Part shown: piece after piece, positions 60,550-64,000 of the stretch
How positions within the stretch are numbered: the stretch's first letter is position 1
How the letters are laid out: every line of letters starts with the position of its first letter
DNA from: Octopus sinensis
Taxonomy: Eukaryota
Assembly: GCF_006345805.1 (NCBI RefSeq)
Contig: NC_043007.1
Span: 71,734,001 to 71,798,000 of the forward strand
DNA length: 64,000 nt
Direction: 5' to 3'
Position numbers and translations under genes: made by a program
The notes under the pieces: model-generated
Seen by the model: the letters and a program-made list of their open reading frames with translations, nothing else
Told to the model about the DNA's origin: nothing
The model's database searches: none

Positions 60550-61581
60550 AACAAAAAAAACTTAAAATTTACCGAACAACAGTCTGGAAAATTATCAAGA
60601 AATTTCAAAAGATTGGTTTCACCGCTTATCCACCTGGGCGTGGCCGAAAAAGATACGGCGAAATACTCGTTGTTTCGTCAGAAAAACTGGCTGCCACAGC
60701 AAAAGTACTCCGAACAGCGATGTATCGAGTGCTGAAGGAGGATCTCAAGACCCACCGCTACGAGACGATCCGTCGCTATGAGCTCACGCAAGTTTATAAG
60801 GCCATGTGACTGGAGAGAAGTTGTCTTGCCTTGCGTCAAATTGCTGAAGGCACATTGCCCAACCTGGTGTTCTCTGATGAAAAGCAATTTGTCATCAGAC
60901 ACACAGTAAACCATCAGAATGACCGACTTTAGAGTGTATTTGGCTTCGTCGTGGGTAAACTCGTATATCGACGTTAAAATCCACTGTCAGTTATGGTTTC
61001 GGCGGCTGTCACAGCCACTGGAATGTCTCCCCTCGTTTTTGTGCCCTCGAGTGTTAAAATTAAGACCCAGCGATACATTAGCAACATTCTGGAAGCTGAA
61101 CTGCTTCCATGGGCGAGTGAGCACTTTCAAAGCGCACCTTGGAGACTCCAGCAGGACTCGGCACTATCCCATAGCCACAGATACAACATTACATCCAGAA
61201 AAAATATTCCGTCGTTCATGGGCAAGGATGTATGGCCCTCAAGAAGCCTCGGTCTTAAACTGTTGGATTTTTCTGTTTGGTCCATATTAGAGACAAGGGT
61301 CTCGAGCACTCCTCTCCATGCTTCGCTCGACGCTCTATAGTCAAAACTGCGCCAGGAATGGACTTCGATTCCGTATGAACAGCTGCATCCCGCGCGTGAA
61401 GCATTCGCACCGAGACTTAAGGCTGTGATTTGAAAAAGATGTTGTTATATGGAATAAATGTGGTAGTGTCATAGTTGTGTTTCCTTTACCATTGCATTGC
61501 AAGGCTAGGACCCGAAATATAACAATATTTTACTTTGGCATTATTGGAAAAAGTTGGTTGCCTTAATTTTGGGACATATTG
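60550..61581 (+). mobile_element. Degenerate Tc1/mariner transposon, maT-like, 5'-truncated
   Basis: LVFSDEKQF, NHQNDR, PLSVMVSAAV, QQDSALSH, WPSRSLGLKLLDFSVW. The 3' TIR (reverse complement CAATATGTCCCAAAATTAAGGC) is followed by TA. Confidence 0.82.
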
Positions 61582-61779
61582 TATGTGTGTGTGTGTGTGT
61601 GTGTGGTGTGTGTGTTTGAAAAAAATTAATAGAAATGGCTTTTCTGATAATTTTTCCACTTTAATAATTAGAAGCTAAGTATTAAAGTGGGAACATTATC
61701 AGAAAGCCATTTCTATTCATTTTAACAAATATACAAAACGGTAGCAAGGATTTTTATTTATTCTATCTACATATATATT

Positions 61780-61836
<57 letters not shown>

Positions 61837-61883
61837 TATATATTATATATATATATATATTAATTATATATATTATATATATA

Positions 61884-61921
<38 letters not shown>

Positions 61922-62148
61922 TGTATGTATGTATGTATGTATATATAATATAAATTATAGATAAAACCACTATTATGCAATCAAAAATGTATTGACATAA
62001 CGAATACATAATAACAAATAATATATATCTTTATAAAACTATAACTTATAACTAGATCTCAAAAAGTATAAAAATGAATGATCAATATATAATATATTAA
62101 TTAAAAAAAACTACGTACGTTTCATGGCTATAATATATATATATATAT

Positions 62149-62179
<31 letters not shown>

Positions 62180-62281
62180 TACATATGTATGGACTTGAAT
62201 TGTTGGTATGGCTGTTATTGTATGTACAGAATAGTTTTATAAGACATCCATTTGTTATATACGCACACACATACACACACA

Positions 62282-62312
<31 letters not shown>

Positions 62313-62509
62313 CATCCTTTAAGTTCGTTTACGAGAAACCTATTTGAGTATGCATATAAAAACGCCTAATATTTTATTCTGTTGGCTACAGCCTAATGGT
62401 ACCGACTGGCAACAGCATGTTTATGGGGTTGCACCGAGCTAAGTAGGATAAATACAGTAATAATGATAATAATCCATGGATGGAATTTATAAATATTTTA
62501 ATGCATTGC

Positions 62510-62618
62510 CACGCACGTTTCCATAAATCACATGATCCTTATGATCATAGTCCGTATTCCTGGGATGGTTACAGTACAGTTTATAGTATCCATAGACATC
62601 GGATGGATCGTAGCTCAT
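62510..62618 (-). CDS. Candidate first coding exon of ACYP (MSYDPSDVYGYYKLYCNHPRNTDYDHKDHVIYGNVR-G)
   Basis: The C-terminal DHVIYGNVRG aligns with the family pattern DYEVFGRVQG and ends on the phase-1 G the microexon needs. Against it, the donor would be a weak GC (G|gcaatg) and the conserved Gln is Arg. Confidence 0.4.
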
Positions 62619-62798
62619 GTATTCGTTTCCTCGGGCGATATGGCATTAACGCTGGAAGCAGCGAATGTATAATTAAAGTCTGTTTATCAATTTTCACCAA
62701 TGGAAATTATTACTATTATTATAACTATACATACATATATATGTGTTTATGCGTGTGTGTTGTGTGTGTGTGTGTGTGTGCGTGCGTGTGCGTGTGTG

Positions 62799-62829
<31 letters not shown>

Positions 62830-63256
62830 TGTGTGTGTGTTAAGTGGTCAAAGCAATGATCTACCATAACGTCCTAATTGAAAGATACTCTCTAGAACCG
62901 GGATAAAAGAAGTGTGGGCTATGTTTGGCAGAGGACTTTCACATACAATCAGGTCAATGAACATCTATTCAACAGATGATCCGAAAATCTTTGTTTTTTT
63001 TTGCTTCTTTTGTAATAATAATTTTAAAACAAAATTTGAAGCTACTTTAAAATCTATAACACGTCTCCTAACTGGACGTCCCCTCCTACTGTGCACCAAT
63101 TGTCTCCAATCCAACTGCATACACATACACAAGCACACATGCACGTGCACACACACGCGCGCACATTCCCTGCGTACAACATCCACACTCACCAATAGTT
63201 CCTTGTAAACTACCGTTAACTCTATCCCCACTACCACGTACAAACCCCTCCTCTAC

Positions 63257-63304
<48 letters not shown>

Positions 63305-64000
63305 CACACACACACGTATTTCTCCTACCTTGCAAACCCTATTCTGTGCCCACCTCCCATCCACTCACATAGGCTGCCATTCTATTTTCATTTTCTTTCA
63401 TCTCCATTATCTTTTACCTCCACCACCACGCACTATAACTCCCTGTCTCTTCTACACAACTCTCTCTTTCTCTCTCTCATACATCCATTCTTATATTTCC
63501 CCCTCTACGTTCCACCTATTTTCCACACATCCATGTATTTCCAGATAATTTTTTTTCTTTCTTGCGTTTGCTTCTAATGTCTTTCTTTCCCTTTTTCTTC
63601 TTTTCAAGCATTTTCCCCCGTGAACTATTTTCCACGTATCTTCCTTGTAACATTCCCGCACCTCGATACGACAACATTATACCACCCTTACATCTTTATT
63701 GTATTATAGTTATTCGATTATATTATTCTTAAAACTTTTTATGCAATATATTTATTATGTGATTTTTATCAAATCATTGTCTTATATTATCGATTTCTCG
63801 TGATTGTTAGAGTAATCGTTTTATTTTTCCAATATCTGTTTTATTTCACCTACAATGAACATCTCCCATTCATCTTTAATAATCATAACCTTTAGTTATT
63901 CTCCCTGTTCACATATAAGTTCCAATAAGTTTCACAAATCTATAATTTTTTTTATTATGTTTTAAATATTTTCTGAGGCTAAGAATTCACTATATTTTAA

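Overview
AT-rich, microsatellite-saturated animal DNA. The SINE, LINE and Helitron families suggest a coleoid cephalopod (Octopus-like); this is inference, not a database result. Most of the window is one minus-strand acylphosphatase (ACYP) gene. Three exons are firm: a 17-nt microexon at 55247-55263, a 110-nt exon at 17799-17908 and a 115-nt last exon at 3322-3436. A possible first coding exon lies at 62510-62618. The firm exons splice in frame to (G)VLFRK-HLQEMAMNNNCVGWVQNTKRGTVIGQLQGPPESVKTL-KDWLKKTGSPKSRIVRCVFKNEIEIKKLEHSEFLVIK*. The 14.4-kb and 37.3-kb introns hold a very young full-length Mag-type Gypsy element (identical 239-bp LTRs, CTACC TSD) nested in a mariner remnant. They also hold R4/Dong, RTE, Tx1 and Penelope fragments, three SINE families, Helitrons, MITEs and an ~11-kb degenerate ~40-bp tandem array. 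The most notable signal is nine type I hammerhead-ribozyme motifs at seven loci between 31.5 and 58.2 kb. They belong to several unrelated short repeat families, two of them arranged as long palindromes with a ribozyme on each strand. Most ORFs in the supplied track are microsatellite artefacts. There is a 100-N gap at 59888-59987.
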